From a virus (taxonomy: Duplodnaviria; Heunggongvirae; Uroviricota; Caudoviricetes): a stretch of DNA of 64,000 nt. A model generated the notes under the pieces. That model was given only the letters and a program-made list of their open reading frames with translations. It made no database searches and had not been told where the DNA came from. Where the stretch lies: the IMG/VR virus record IMGVR_UViG_3300045988_134250; one strand, given 5' to 3'. Shown here piece by piece: positions 45,254 to 55,437 of the stretch. Made by a program: the position numbers and the translations under genes. Each line of letters begins with the position of its first letter. The stretch's first letter is position 1.

Positions 45254-48200
45254 TTAGGCCGCATCGGCGATTATTTTACGCAGTTCATCTACCGAGTAAC
45301 GCGTAGATACCATCCATGCAGGACGGTCAAAGTTCACATCAGCAACCGGGTTTGCTTCAAAATTCCAGAAACGTCCGCCAATCTTCTTAATCGCGTCTTT
45401 GGCGTTCCGTATTGTCGAGGAACCTGGTTGGTCGGCAATGAGATAAACCGCGCCAACGTCCTCGCTGACGCTCCACCAGCGCCCGCGAACACGCGCCTTA
45501 GCGCGAATCGGCTTATCATTAACCACAATGATATAGTCATCATTCGCCGCTTCATCAGCTCTGGCTTCAGCCACTGCCGCCTGCTCTTCTCTTTTGCTTT
45601 CAGCCTGCTCAAGCCTTTCCGCGATCTCTGATTCAGTGGCCCCGCCGTTTTTCAGCGATACATAGTCCTGCCACGTTGCCGATTTGAGCGTATCCGGCAA
45701 CTCATTCACATAGTCGCCGTCTTTCAACTCACGGGCGCGGCGGGTAGCCATTTCTACCAGGCGATTAACAGAAACAGCATCAGCAAAATCGTCCTTACTA
45801 ATGTGTTTTTCATCAAATGCATTGATGACAGCCCCCACCTTAATCCACTGTGCTGCCGGTGATTCCAGGGGGTTATCAGCCTGAACAATGGCGAGTTTCG
45901 CTCCATCTACCCCATTATTCGCCAGCTGTTCCAATGCCGCCCATCCATCTGCATCACTGAGTGATTTATATTGCTCAAACAATGCATCGCGCCAGGCCAC
46001 CAGCGCAGAACGTGTTTTTTCGATCTTCGCCTTAATTTTCGCGATCTTGACCTGATTAAACATCCGTTCAATATCATCGATATTGCTAAAGGCTTTCATC
46101 CTGCCCTGGAATAAACGGTATGCCAGCACGGTCCTCCAGAATGATTCCAGACCTTCTCCGGACGGTTTGCGGAACAAGCTAAGAATATCTTCAGAAGTGA
46201 CTTTATTAAGCGAACGACCTGACAGACCACGCCCAGCCATCCAGTTTTCGAACTCATGGGCAACATCATCCATCGTTGCCTGTGCGCCCCATGCCTGCAT
46301 TCCCTGGGTGTAATCATACCCATACAATGCCTGGAGGAATCCCTCGCCGTCCACGATATTCAGCGGGTTATCACTGGCTTGTATTTTTGCCACTTCACGC
46401 TTCAGCGCCTCGTCGTTGCCATCAGGATATATCCATCGCTCAGGTGCTATATCCGATGCTCGCCCGATTTTTTGGCCTATCACGCCATCATAGGCCGATG
46501 ACAGCGCGATCTGACCATCATCTGTGCGATATGCCCAGTATTTAATAGCTGACCCACCGCCCCATGCATTACCAGGTTTACCAGCAATAACATTCATTAC
46601 CCCATTGCGAATAGCATCATAGAACTGATCGCGAGTAAGTATTGTTGATAGCTGGTGGCACTGAACACCACGCGCAGCCGTTGCGCGCGATTCAGCTACC
46701 CCCTCTTCAAAAGTTACCGCTTCAATCACAGAGTCAAACGGCAATGTAACGATTGACCCCGGTGCTCGAGCGTAACGACTTGCTCTATCCAGCCAGGCGA
46801 TACGGCAGAGGTATTGTGCTTTTTCACCGTCAATTTTTTCCACCCGGACAATCGCTGTTGTTTCGCGATCATCAATGACTGCACGGTAATAACTACCTTT
46901 ATGCAACAGGATATTCTTGTCAGTGCGCATATATTCCTGTGGGTTCTGAATAACATCGATACTGATATCCAGCACACCAGACTTAATAGCGCGCTCCACA
47001 TCACCACGAGAGCGTTTCATTATGGTATCCGCGTCTTTTGCCCTGGTGATCGCAAACCGCAGCACCCGCGCACGTTTTCTGTAGCTACTCAACTGCTCAA
47101 GCGCGTATTTTTGCCCATTCCTGTTCGTACCCGCTTTTATCAGGTCGTCAAGATTGCGCTGGTAATACTCTATCTGTTCCATCGCGCTTTTCAGTTCTGT
47201 CTCCATCATGCCGATATCTTTTCCGGCGGCGTTTGCCGCTTTCAGGTAGATATCGAGAGCATTGTTGGCCTCGCGCTGTGCTTTCAGTTTCAGACGTTCT
47301 TCACGCTCTTGCGCCTGGCGAGCCATGATTGCGCGGCGTTCTTCCGGGTTTGCCGCCAGCATAATGGCGCGTTCATCAGCATCATCCGCATCACCATTGG
47401 CGATCTCTGACATGTCGGATGTCATCACCATCTTGATCCAGTCTTTCTTACGTTTCAGCGTATCCAGACGGAAGTCGTCGAATGTGCCTTTGCCACAATA
47501 GTAGTGAACATTGACCTTTTCTTGCGGTGAACCTACGCGCGCACCGCGCCCATTTCGTTGGTCGATACTGGCTGGTGTCCAGGGTAGTGTCAGGTGGTGG
47601 ATATCGGTTGTCCCGATGTGCAGGTTAATACCTACTTCAGCCTTCTTGTTACAGATTATGATGCGCGTGCGACCTTCGTTATAGTCGGCGGCAATACCTT
47701 CCATGCCCTCAAGGCCAGCATCATTTTTAGCGGAGAGATAATCCTCATATTGGGCAAGTTTGCTGTAGTAGGTTTCCCATGCCCCTTCTTTGTATTCACC
47801 GTTTTTGTTTGGAGTAGGTTCGGTCGGCTTATTCACCTTCTTCAGCTTGATGCCACCAGCCTGGCTAACTGTCGTCGCATTGATAATGCCAATCTCCTGC
47901 TCCGGCATTTGCAGTGCACTGGCGATAATACGGCGCAGCTTCTGGTGCTGGGCTTTTTCATCAATAAAGACGATCTGCTTACCGTTCTTCAGACCTTCAC
48001 GAAGATTTTCGATCAGCGCGGCATACTTCGGCGGGATGGGGTGCGACACCTGCTGCATATCAATGCCGGCAGCCGCAATGGCCTTCAGTATTTCAGCTTC
48101 CAGTTCAATGCTGGCACGTATTTCAACATGCGTCGGATGTTCACTAAAAGCGGTCTTCACTACCTTGCTGGTACGCGTACTGACCAGCCCGCCAGCGCCG

Positions 48201-51200
48201 TCTTCCTCGGCCTCATCAACATCATCTGCCACTTTACCGCCAGCTACTTTTGGCAAGGCATCAGCAATAGCTTTTACCTGGTCTGCAAGCTCAACGGGGA
48301 ACTGGAATGTAATCGCACTGGCATACAGATCCGGGTCTATAGCAACCTTATCCATGTCACGGATGATGGAGAAGATGAAATCATCCGGTTTGTCGTTAGT
48401 GATATGCCCGTTTTCATCGACTGTCAGCTCATCATTGCGACTTAACTCCTGAGCACGCTTACGAAGCTCTTCATAAGCAGTCTCCTGCTCCCCTGTCATC
48501 GGGATCTGCAAGGTGTTCTCGATGATGTCGGGAATTTTAACCGTCGCTCCGACATCTGCAGCAGTCTTCAGAGTGGTCCAACGATGGAAAATACCACGCA
48601 GGCCGTCAAGGTTCTGGAAGCCCACCAGCCCCTGCTTCTCTTCCACTTCCCCGGAAATTTTCTGGACCTGAACTGTGGCTGTTTTGCCAAACACACGAAC
48701 GAAATCATCAGGCGTAATGATGCCCATACGCATCCACTCTTCCTGCGGAATGACAGTAGACAGCATGTTGAAGGCATCAATCGGACTGTTCACCAGCGGT
48801 GTTGCCGTCAGCATGACTACACCACGCCCGTTGTTGCGTTTCATCATGTACGCAGCTTTTACAGCCATGTCGCGGGCCATCTTGGATACTGCCGGGTTAG
48901 GCAAATATGCCAGTTGTCCCGCTTCACGCCCGGCATTAAAGGAGTTGCGGTAGTTATGCCCCTCGTCGGCAATCACGCTATCGAAGTTCATATCCTCAAA
49001 GTAAGGGATATTCTGCTTCTTCGTTGTACCGGTATTCGCGGCCTGATCCTTAATCTTGTTCTTCTTCTGCGCATCACGGTGTTTACCGGACGCCAGGTCA
49101 AGACGCCCCATTTCCACAGCATTAAAGACAGCTTGCTGTGAGTTCTCCTCGATGGTTTTTTCTCGTAGCGGGATAGACGCGAATTGTTCTTTTGTCATGA
49201 TGACCGTTCGCCAATTTGACGACGGGATCATGTTCATACGCTGAACGATAACGGCGCTGGAGGACTCTTTCACAACATTTCTGGTAAGAGGCTGCCCGTT
49301 ACTGTCGAGGCGTGGTTCGCCATTTTCATCAAGCACCGGCGCGGTCAGAATATTTCCGCTGTCATCACGAACTTCATCCAAACCGATAAACATCATATTG
49401 GCGAAGGCATCAGCACTGTAGAAACTCTGTGCCTCGTGATACCAGTTCTGATAAACCGCCTTCGGAACAACAATACACGTGCGTTTAGTGCGACCTGTTT
49501 CGAAGTTATACGCCTCAAGCGCAAGCGCGGTCGTGGTTTTACCCAGCCCGGTACCAAATCCCATGATGCCACGCCCATCTTCTGACAAGCGCCGAACTTC
49601 TTCATTCTGATAAGTCAGAGGAATGCGCTTTCCACTAATCCCTTCCAGGCCAAGCGGTGCGTCAGAATGTGTGAACGGAATGAAACCATTGAATGCGTCG
49701 TTATAGTCACGGGCTATCTGATCCGCCTGCGGGTGGGTGCGTAACCAGTCGTTAAAGCTAACTTCCAGTTGAGCAATTTTATCCAGGTACTCGTTAGCGT
49801 TCTGCCCACGCGGTTTAACACCGTTCAGGTAGTTTTCTAACTGGTTCAGGAAGCCGTCTTTATTGTTGGCCTTCTTGAACTCATTCCCGTTTTTGCCGTT
49901 TACGGTTCGTAGCTGATAGCCGGTAAATACCCCGTCCTTACCTTCGTAATCGTCCGGAGATACCAGAATGCCATCGACGACCTTCAGATCAGGTTCAGTG
50001 TACTTAAACTCGTCATAGCCCTGCTCTGCCAGGAACTCTTTTATCAAGCGGCGATCCAGCCAGCGGGCATTCAGATTAACGGTGACTTTATTTAGTGGCG
50101 TGAAAATGCGTTTCTCTTCGATTTTCGCCAACTGACGCTCAAAGTTCGCTTTCTGCTCACCTGTTGACGCATCACGCCAGCCCACCAGCAGTGCTGTTTT
50201 GGTTGCAACATCGCCGCTGGTGGCGCGGTCCATCGGCAGCAGACAGCCATACCCATCAATAGCGATATCATCAAATTTCGCCAGGTATTCAAGGACCGCG
50301 TCGTCGTCCTCTGGCAGTTCACCAGCAAACGCCTCACGAAAGTCGCCCAGCGTTATAGGATTAAGGGCTACATCACTAAAAAGATGTGCTATCACTTGTT
50401 CAGGACGCGTAAAGTCAATACCGGCAGCACCATCCGTTACATCAAGTCGCCCTGCCAGAAGGTCAGAAGTGGAACCATCCTGTTTCACATTGCCAGTGAA
50501 CGTCATCCAGTTTTTAGCGCCAGCTTCAGCAAGCCCATTCAGCTTAATCGCGTGCGGTGGTCCATACTTCGCAACTTCTGCTGCCGCCAAGCGGGATGCA
50601 TCTGCCAGTTTGTCATCAACGTTCACCCCCAGGTTACGCAAATCAAGTGCCTTGTTGATCAACTGACCTATCAGTGCACCGCGCATAACGCGCTCCCTGT
50701 CTTTTTCTCGCTGCTTGCCAGCAAAGCGAATCATTGCTGCCACTTCATCACTGACAACCGATGGATAGTCGGACGCGATCGCCGATATCTGGTCCCATGA
50801 CAAAGCCAGAATCCCGTTTGTTGACTGGAACGCGATCTGCAGATCGCCAAACGTCGAAACACCATATCGACTTACATCAAGCGCGGAGGATTTGGTTGTC
50901 GTGTCCTGAACCCATTTCAGACCATCAAACTCATGCCAGATACCGCCTACAAGGCGTTTATCGCCCACTTTCGCGCCCTGCCATGCCTGAGTAGTTACGC
51001 CGAGCAAATCCCAATTGATGCGACTATCAAAGCGACGAGATAGCGCGGTTTTCATCGACTCATTGGATACACGACCGTCTTTTTTCACCACTAGGGTATT
51101 GCGGAAGCTGGTACGTTCCATGTCGCCGTAAACAAATCGCTTCCCTTCGGTTGTAAACCATTTCCCTTTGAGGAAGGTAACCCAAAGGACGTTTGCCGAT

Positions 51201-52090
51201 TTGAGCGTCGAATCATCCGTATCGGGGATCATCTCCAGGAAGGCTTCCGGGTGTTTACGCAATACCCATACGTCCACCACGGTATCTGTACCTGATTCAC
51301 TGAACGTACCGGAAGGCATACGATGCGCGCCCAAAAATTCCGCTTTACGGCTGACTTTATCGCGCAATTTTTTGTATTTCGTACCATCAGTCATGCCATT
51401 CGGCACCACCAATACGATAAGCCCACCAGGTTTAACCTTGTCGATCGTGCGCAGCACAAAGTAATTGCCAACGTTCTTCTCGTTTGCATATGCCGGATCA
51501 AGCCCTGCAACGCCGGAACGGCCTTCGCCAAACGGTACGTTACCAACAGCGTGGTCATACATTGCGTCTTTCGCCGCCAGAGCCTCAAACGCCCCAATGT
51601 TCACATCGTCTTCCGGGTGCAACAGCTGGTTGATTCGACCGGAGATCGGAGACAGCTCGGCGCTGGTCATTATCATTCCCTGCCGTTTTGTCTCCTGGAA
51701 AATACCCGTGCCAGCTGATGGTTCCAGTACGTGACCGCCATCAATACCGTAGTCAGCAAACAGCTCCCATATACCTTCAGCCATAAACTGTGGCGTGTAG
51801 TATTCGTATTGGCTGCCCTCACCATCTGTCAGGCCGCCTTCACCGGTATACCCAGCAAGAATCTGACGTTGTTCGTCAGTTAATTTCGCCCCATCGAAGC
51901 CGGGCGGAAGGGAATTAAGAAGATTTACTGCGGCATTGTTTGCTGCCCGGCGTGTTTTCTGAATACTGACGCCATCGGCTTTCCTGACGCCAAAGGTCGC
52001 AACAGCACGTAATTTATGCAACCGACTAACAATTTCAATCAGTTCGCCTAAGCTGGAGGCTTCACTGATTGAATGAAGTAGTTTGTCCAA
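45254..52090 (-). CDS. darB: DarB-like giant antirestriction protein: N6-adenine methyltransferase fused to SF2 helicase
   Basis: 2278 aa (P1 DarB ~2255 aa as recalled); N-terminal MTase motifs VLEPSAGTGIF and NVPFG; helicase Walker A GTGLGKTT and DEGHNYRN box. Confidence 0.75.
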   Translation of the reverse strand: MDKLLHSISEASSLGELIEIVSRLHKLRAVATFGVRKADGVSIQKTRRAANNAAVNLLNSLPPGFDGAKLTDEQRQILAGYTGEGGLTDGEGSQYEYYTPQFMAEGIWELFADYGIDGGHVLEPSAGTGIFQETKRQGMIMTSAELSPISGRINQLLHPEDDVNIGAFEALAAKDAMYDHAVGNVPFGEGRSGVAGLDPAYANEKNVGNYFVLRTIDKVKPGGLIVLVVPNGMTDGTKYKKLRDKVSRKAEFLGAHRMPSGTFSESGTDTVVDVWVLRKHPEAFLEMIPDTDDSTLKSANVLWVTFLKGKWFTTEGKRFVYGDMERTSFRNTLVVKKDGRVSNESMKTALSRRFDSRINWDLLGVTTQAWQGAKVGDKRLVGGIWHEFDGLKWVQDTTTKSSALDVSRYGVSTFGDLQIAFQSTNGILALSWDQISAIASDYPSVVSDEVAAMIRFAGKQREKDRERVMRGALIGQLINKALDLRNLGVNVDDKLADASRLAAAEVAKYGPPHAIKLNGLAEAGAKNWMTFTGNVKQDGSTSDLLAGRLDVTDGAAGIDFTRPEQVIAHLFSDVALNPITLGDFREAFAGELPEDDDAVLEYLAKFDDIAIDGYGCLLPMDRATSGDVATKTALLVGWRDASTGEQKANFERQLAKIEEKRIFTPLNKVTVNLNARWLDRRLIKEFLAEQGYDEFKYTEPDLKVVDGILVSPDDYEGKDGVFTGYQLRTVNGKNGNEFKKANNKDGFLNQLENYLNGVKPRGQNANEYLDKIAQLEVSFNDWLRTHPQADQIARDYNDAFNGFIPFTHSDAPLGLEGISGKRIPLTYQNEEVRRLSEDGRGIMGFGTGLGKTTTALALEAYNFETGRTKRTCIVVPKAVYQNWYHEAQSFYSADAFANMMFIGLDEVRDDSGNILTAPVLDENGEPRLDSNGQPLTRNVVKESSSAVIVQRMNMIPSSNWRTVIMTKEQFASIPLREKTIEENSQQAVFNAVEMGRLDLASGKHRDAQKKNKIKDQAANTGTTKKQNIPYFEDMNFDSVIADEGHNYRNSFNAGREAGQLAYLPNPAVSKMARDMAVKAAYMMKRNNGRGVVMLTATPLVNSPIDAFNMLSTVIPQEEWMRMGIITPDDFVRVFGKTATVQVQKISGEVEEKQGLVGFQNLDGLRGIFHRWTTLKTAADVGATVKIPDIIENTLQIPMTGEQETAYEELRKRAQELSRNDELTVDENGHITNDKPDDFIFSIIRDMDKVAIDPDLYASAITFQFPVELADQVKAIADALPKVAGGKVADDVDEAEEDGAGGLVSTRTSKVVKTAFSEHPTHVEIRASIELEAEILKAIAAAGIDMQQVSHPIPPKYAALIENLREGLKNGKQIVFIDEKAQHQKLRRIIASALQMPEQEIGIINATTVSQAGGIKLKKVNKPTEPTPNKNGEYKEGAWETYYSKLAQYEDYLSAKNDAGLEGMEGIAADYNEGRTRIIICNKKAEVGINLHIGTTDIHHLTLPWTPASIDQRNGRGARVGSPQEKVNVHYYCGKGTFDDFRLDTLKRKKDWIKMVMTSDMSEIANGDADDADERAIMLAANPEERRAIMARQAQEREERLKLKAQREANNALDIYLKAANAAGKDIGMMETELKSAMEQIEYYQRNLDDLIKAGTNRNGQKYALEQLSSYRKRARVLRFAITRAKDADTIMKRSRGDVERAIKSGVLDISIDVIQNPQEYMRTDKNILLHKGSYYRAVIDDRETTAIVRVEKIDGEKAQYLCRIAWLDRASRYARAPGSIVTLPFDSVIEAVTFEEGVAESRATAARGVQCHQLSTILTRDQFYDAIRNGVMNVIAGKPGNAWGGGSAIKYWAYRTDDGQIALSSAYDGVIGQKIGRASDIAPERWIYPDGNDEALKREVAKIQASDNPLNIVDGEGFLQALYGYDYTQGMQAWGAQATMDDVAHEFENWMAGRGLSGRSLNKVTSEDILSLFRKPSGEGLESFWRTVLAYRLFQGRMKAFSNIDDIERMFNQVKIAKIKAKIEKTRSALVAWRDALFEQYKSLSDADGWAALEQLANNGVDGAKLAIVQADNPLESPAAQWIKVGAVINAFDEKHISKDDFADAVSVNRLVEMATRRARELKDGDYVNELPDTLKSATWQDYVSLKNGGATESEIAERLEQAESKREEQAAVAEARADEAANDDYIIVVNDKPIRAKARVRGRWWSVSEDVGAVYLIADQPGSSTIRNAKDAIKKIGGRFWNFEANPVADVNFDRPAWMVSTRYSVDELRKIIADAA

Positions 52091-52241
52091 AGGATTTCCC
52101 CCTCTAAACCGTAAAAAATTCCGCTATGCGGTACGGTTGAGAGGGTATGGAGAATGTTATTTTCAGGGGGACGATACTACCGTCAAAATCACATACTCCC
52201 CATAGTTTGCCTACTTATTAACCCATGACCGGGAGAAAAAT

Positions 52242-52727
52242 ATGGCAAACATTGAACCTCGCTGGCTAATTGAAGCCCGTAAGCACATTGGCTTGACTGA
52301 AATAAAAGGCGCTAAACACAACCCTGAAATCGTTCAGTTCTGGCGCGACATCAAGCGCGGCGGAATTAAAGACGATGAAACGCCGTGGTGCGCAGCATTT
52401 GTCGGTGCAATGCTGGAACGTGTAGGCATTCGCTCAACAAGATTTGAGTCGGCAAAATCCTATCTGGATTGGGGCGAGAAATTAGATACACCGGCATACG
52501 GATGTATCGTTGTATTTACCCGCGTAGGCGGTGGGCACGTAGGCTTCGTTGTCGGACGCCGCGCCAATGGCGATCTGCTTGTCCTGGGTGGGAACCAGGG
52601 GGATGCGGTTAATATTCGCGCATTCCCAACATCAAGAGTGTCTGGCTATCGCTGGCCTGCTGGCGAACCACGCAATACCGCCCTGTTACCAGTCGGAGAC
52701 GCAGCAACCTCAACTAATGAGGCATGA
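52242..52727 (+). CDS. CHAP/NlpC-P60-like putative peptidoglycan hydrolase
   Basis: 161 aa; conserved Cys (ETPWCAAFV) and His (GGGHVGFVVG) in papain-like arrangement; divergent from darB. Confidence 0.45.
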   Translation: MANIEPRWLIEARKHIGLTEIKGAKHNPEIVQFWRDIKRGGIKDDETPWCAAFVGAMLERVGIRSTRFESAKSYLDWGEKLDTPAYGCIVVFTRVGGGHVGFVVGRRANGDLLVLGGNQGDAVNIRAFPTSRVSGYRWPAGEPRNTALLPVGDAATSTNEA

Positions 52728-52759
52728 AAAAAGCCCCGGCCAGGCCGGGGCATCACGCT

Positions 52760-52957
52760 TCAAGTCACGATCCAATCATTACCGACTATATCAGCCGTCG
52801 ATAAATCAACTTCCCGGATCTGGAGTCCATTAATACAAAACCATCCGGTAGTAGAGTAATTATCAGGCCAGGCCCATACACCAACACTCCATGCTTTACG
52901 GCGGCACACTTCAGCCTGTCCTTCCCTGATTTTTTTTACCGCCTGCATGATGTCCAT
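52760..52957 (-). CDS. Ant C-terminal-domain homolog as separate coupled ORF
   Basis: 65 aa from ATG 52957 (TGATG overlap with upstream stop); CRRKAWSVGVWAWPDN...IVGNDWIVT parallels Ant-1 C-terminus CRRSSWPEGIWVWPEG...VIAMDWIVS. Confidence 0.5.
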   Translation of the reverse strand: MDIMQAVKKIREGQAEVCRRKAWSVGVWAWPDNYSTTGWFCINGLQIREVDLSTADIVGNDWIVT

Positions 52958-53664
52958 CACTCACCTCCCCAACCGATCACCTGGAATTGCCCCATTTTGG
53001 GGTGATACCAGCGTTTTCCTCGGTGTTCAGCCTCCGACATCATCCGGTTAAAAGCATTCATGAAGGGAGATAAGGCCACGATGGAACGACGCGACAATAC
53101 CCCCTCTGGAGTCAAAAACTCATGTGTATCGGTGGGAATCCGGTAAGCGTTGACAAGGTTTCGGCATTTGGCTTCAGTCAGGCCGCATTTCGCCGCCAAC
53201 TGGCGGTAGCCAATGTAGCCTTCCGGAATATTGCCTTTCTTTATTTGCTCGACGGTTTCAGCGACCTGGCTAACCTTTGACTCAACAGCATGAATCAGCT
53301 TTTGCTGCTGAACTGCATTCGCAGCCATTGCAGCGATCATCTCTATTTCGGTCAACGGCTGGCGTACTTGTTCTTCCAGTTCGCGCCAGCGGTCCACCAG
53401 CCGGGCGGTGAATTCGGGAGAGAGCTGCGCGACGACAATGATGCTGTCTCGTTTGCCTTGCTCGCCTTCGAAGACGTAAGCCTCAACGCCACGACGCAAT
53501 CCTAAGTTATTGATTTTTTCGAAAACAGCCATTGGCGGTTTTCGGATAATGCTTCGAGCAACCATACGCTCAATACTACGTTTAACGTCAGAGTGTTGGC
53601 TTCCCACCAGCTCCGCAATCTCAATGCTGGTCATTGATAGTTTTTCGAGAATGCAGATACCCAT
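52957..53664 (-). CDS. ant: Antirepressor-like protein (Rha-type N-terminal domain), copy 2, lacking fused C-terminal domain
   Basis: 235 aa; MTSIEIAELVGSQHSDVKRSIERM...; C-terminal region near-identical to Ant-1 residues ~190-260. Confidence 0.6.
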   Translation of the reverse strand: MGICILEKLSMTSIEIAELVGSQHSDVKRSIERMVARSIIRKPPMAVFEKINNLGLRRGVEAYVFEGEQGKRDSIIVVAQLSPEFTARLVDRWRELEEQVRQPLTEIEMIAAMAANAVQQQKLIHAVESKVSQVAETVEQIKKGNIPEGYIGYRQLAAKCGLTEAKCRNLVNAYRIPTDTHEFLTPEGVLSRRSIVALSPFMNAFNRMMSEAEHRGKRWYHPKMGQFQVIGWGGE

Positions 53665-53888
53665 CAGTGAGCCTCCGCAATGCCGGGATTGGTAATATTG
53701 CGATACCAGGGATTAGTGTTTGGTTGTGGGGAAGTAGAGAAACGACCAGTAAGAACACCATGCTGATCAGGGATCAGAGAACGGGCTTCTTTTTCGGTTG
53801 CGGCAATTGCGAAGTGATCGCAGCGTTTTTGCAGGGAGTGGAAACGCCAGATGAATTCTGGACGTGAGCAAGGATTGGCATTAACCAT
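53664..53888 (-). CDS. icd: Icd-like small protein, copy 2
   Basis: 74 aa; EFIWRFHSLQK...AATEKEARS; coupled to ant. Confidence 0.5.
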   Translation of the reverse strand: MVNANPCSRPEFIWRFHSLQKRCDHFAIAATEKEARSLIPDQHGVLTGRFSTSPQPNTNPWYRNITNPGIAEAH

Positions 53889-54230
53889 AGTTACGGCCTC
53901 ACTAACAGGTTTAACAACCTGCCACCCGCTGTCAAACAGGTGGCAGGACGTGACAGGGTTGACAGACTGGCGTTAGTGAAACCAGCAGGCCGAAGCCTCC
54001 CCATCACGCCCCACCATAATTCGGGCGTAACGCGGTTTACGGACACAAAAATACCGCAATATCGGAAATCTGCGGTTGTCCGCACTAACATTCAGGCTGT
54101 CAAACCCGGTCGCAGAATTTGCTACGACGGCATGAATATAAGCCTGAAAACATGGAAGATCAACTAAAAATTTCAGCAATGGATGACTTCAGTCGATGAT
54201 GCAGATCATACATTCCGTTTTAGAAACAGC
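53889..54230 (-). ncRNA. Structured leader / candidate c4-like regulatory RNA region, copy 2
   Basis: Minus-strand RNA has UCACUAAC (plus 53972-53979) complementary to SD region GUUAGUGAGG (plus 53897-53906) plus 9-bp stem cctgccacc/ggtggcagg (53918-53947). Confidence 0.3.
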
Positions 54231-54237
54231 AAATTAA

Positions 54238-54247
54238 TTTTCTAACA
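54238..54247 (+). promoter_or_regulatory. TTTTCTAACA motif copy
   Basis: aattaattttctaacataaat; degenerate copy ttttagaaac at 54217-54226. Confidence 0.45.
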
Positions 54248-54301
54248 TAAATAATCGGCCGAGCATTTTCCGATCATTGGGATGTTTTGTAGACACACAG
54301 G

Positions 54302-55264
54302 TCATCCCCTAAATCCCGCAGGGATTGACCAATCCTCACGGTCAAATTCAGACCGATAGCCACGCTGTTTCATCAGGTCAAAGGCTTCACCAATGGTTGC
54401 ACACCCCTGGGAGCCAGAATAATCCATTGAGAAATCTAGGGCACTGGATTGTTTAGGCTTATTCACTGCGGTAGCGGCACTACGTATCCATGCAAATTTT
54501 TTTGCCAGATTTTCAGCGGTACGATACAGAGCCTGCCGTTTTGCGTGCCCCTCGTCTGAACGACGCTTTGCAGCTCTCGCTTTTGCCGCCGCCAGGCAGT
54601 GGTTGGTATGTTCTTCCCTGATTACTGGTTTTTTATCCAGTACCCCGTTATCCGTTTGAGAACTATCTGCAGGTGAAGCCTTTGGCTGAACCGCGCATGA
54701 TCTTTCTCTTCTTTTGGCTATAGAGTGACTCTTATTTTCTATTGGCTGTTCATTTTGAACATGGGGGGACTTGTTCAATTTGAACAGGGGGTTCCCAGTT
54801 TCAAAAAAATAACGAACCTTTGAAATCAACTGCTTAACCAGTTTTGTGGCGTTGGCAAATTTGATGCCCTGCTTACCCCCTATCTCCATTGCTACATGAA
54901 TGAAGTGGAGAAATTGTGTCGTAAACCGATATACGTTACACACCTGGGCATTGTTATTCGCTACCTGATGTTGCTTAACAAGCATTCCGCACTTCGTCGC
55001 TTCAGCAAATGCCCGGCGCACAGTAGAAATACTGCGTCCTGTAATCTCGGACATATCAGCATATGAGCGACGGATCATGTATTCATCGGTAGACCCTGCC
55101 AGGTTGGCGAACTCGGCAATAATGGCGCTATGTGAAGGGGAAAGAAGACCGCTATGACGAGCAAAAAAACTCAACTGATGACCTTTGATTTTTTTGTGGT
55201 ATTCAGTGTTGTTTTTATACTCAGAAGTGTTGAAAGTTACTGAAACTGAATTTAAAATACTCAC
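54302..55264 (-). CDS. HTH-containing protein, candidate RepL-like replication/regulatory protein
   Basis: 320 aa; N-terminal region ...SYADMSEITGRSISTVRRAFAEATKCGMLVKQ...VCNVYRF; operator-like motif upstream. Confidence 0.35.
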   Translation of the reverse strand: MSILNSVSVTFNTSEYKNNTEYHKKIKGHQLSFFARHSGLLSPSHSAIIAEFANLAGSTDEYMIRRSYADMSEITGRSISTVRRAFAEATKCGMLVKQHQVANNNAQVCNVYRFTTQFLHFIHVAMEIGGKQGIKFANATKLVKQLISKVRYFFETGNPLFKLNKSPHVQNEQPIENKSHSIAKRRERSCAVQPKASPADSSQTDNGVLDKKPVIREEHTNHCLAAAKARAAKRRSDEGHAKRQALYRTAENLAKKFAWIRSAATAVNKPKQSSALDFSMDYSGSQGCATIGEAFDLMKQRGYRSEFDREDWSIPAGFRG

Positions 55265-55437
55265 CAGATAGTTCCGTGAAAAAATCTATCTACCGTATAA
55301 ATCTATGGCAGTGGATTTATACACCCAAAAAGCCGCTGAGAAGCGGCTTTTGCTTTTTTGGCAGTCGCTACCGGAGCAGTGACCGCGATCCTACTCGATC
55401 CCATCCACCAGGATCAACAGTGTATATAAATACACTA

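Larger units (their letters stand above)
52760..53888 (-). repeat. immI-like module copy 2 (paralog of 13012-14168)
   Basis: See copy 1; DNA and protein near-identity over several hundred bp. Confidence 0.7.

Noticed and set aside
45334-51734. About twenty ORFs of 60-280 aa nested in or antisense to the 2278-aa DarB-like gene
   Set aside because: Fully contained in a motif-supported giant ORF; low-complexity translations typical of out-of-frame reading.
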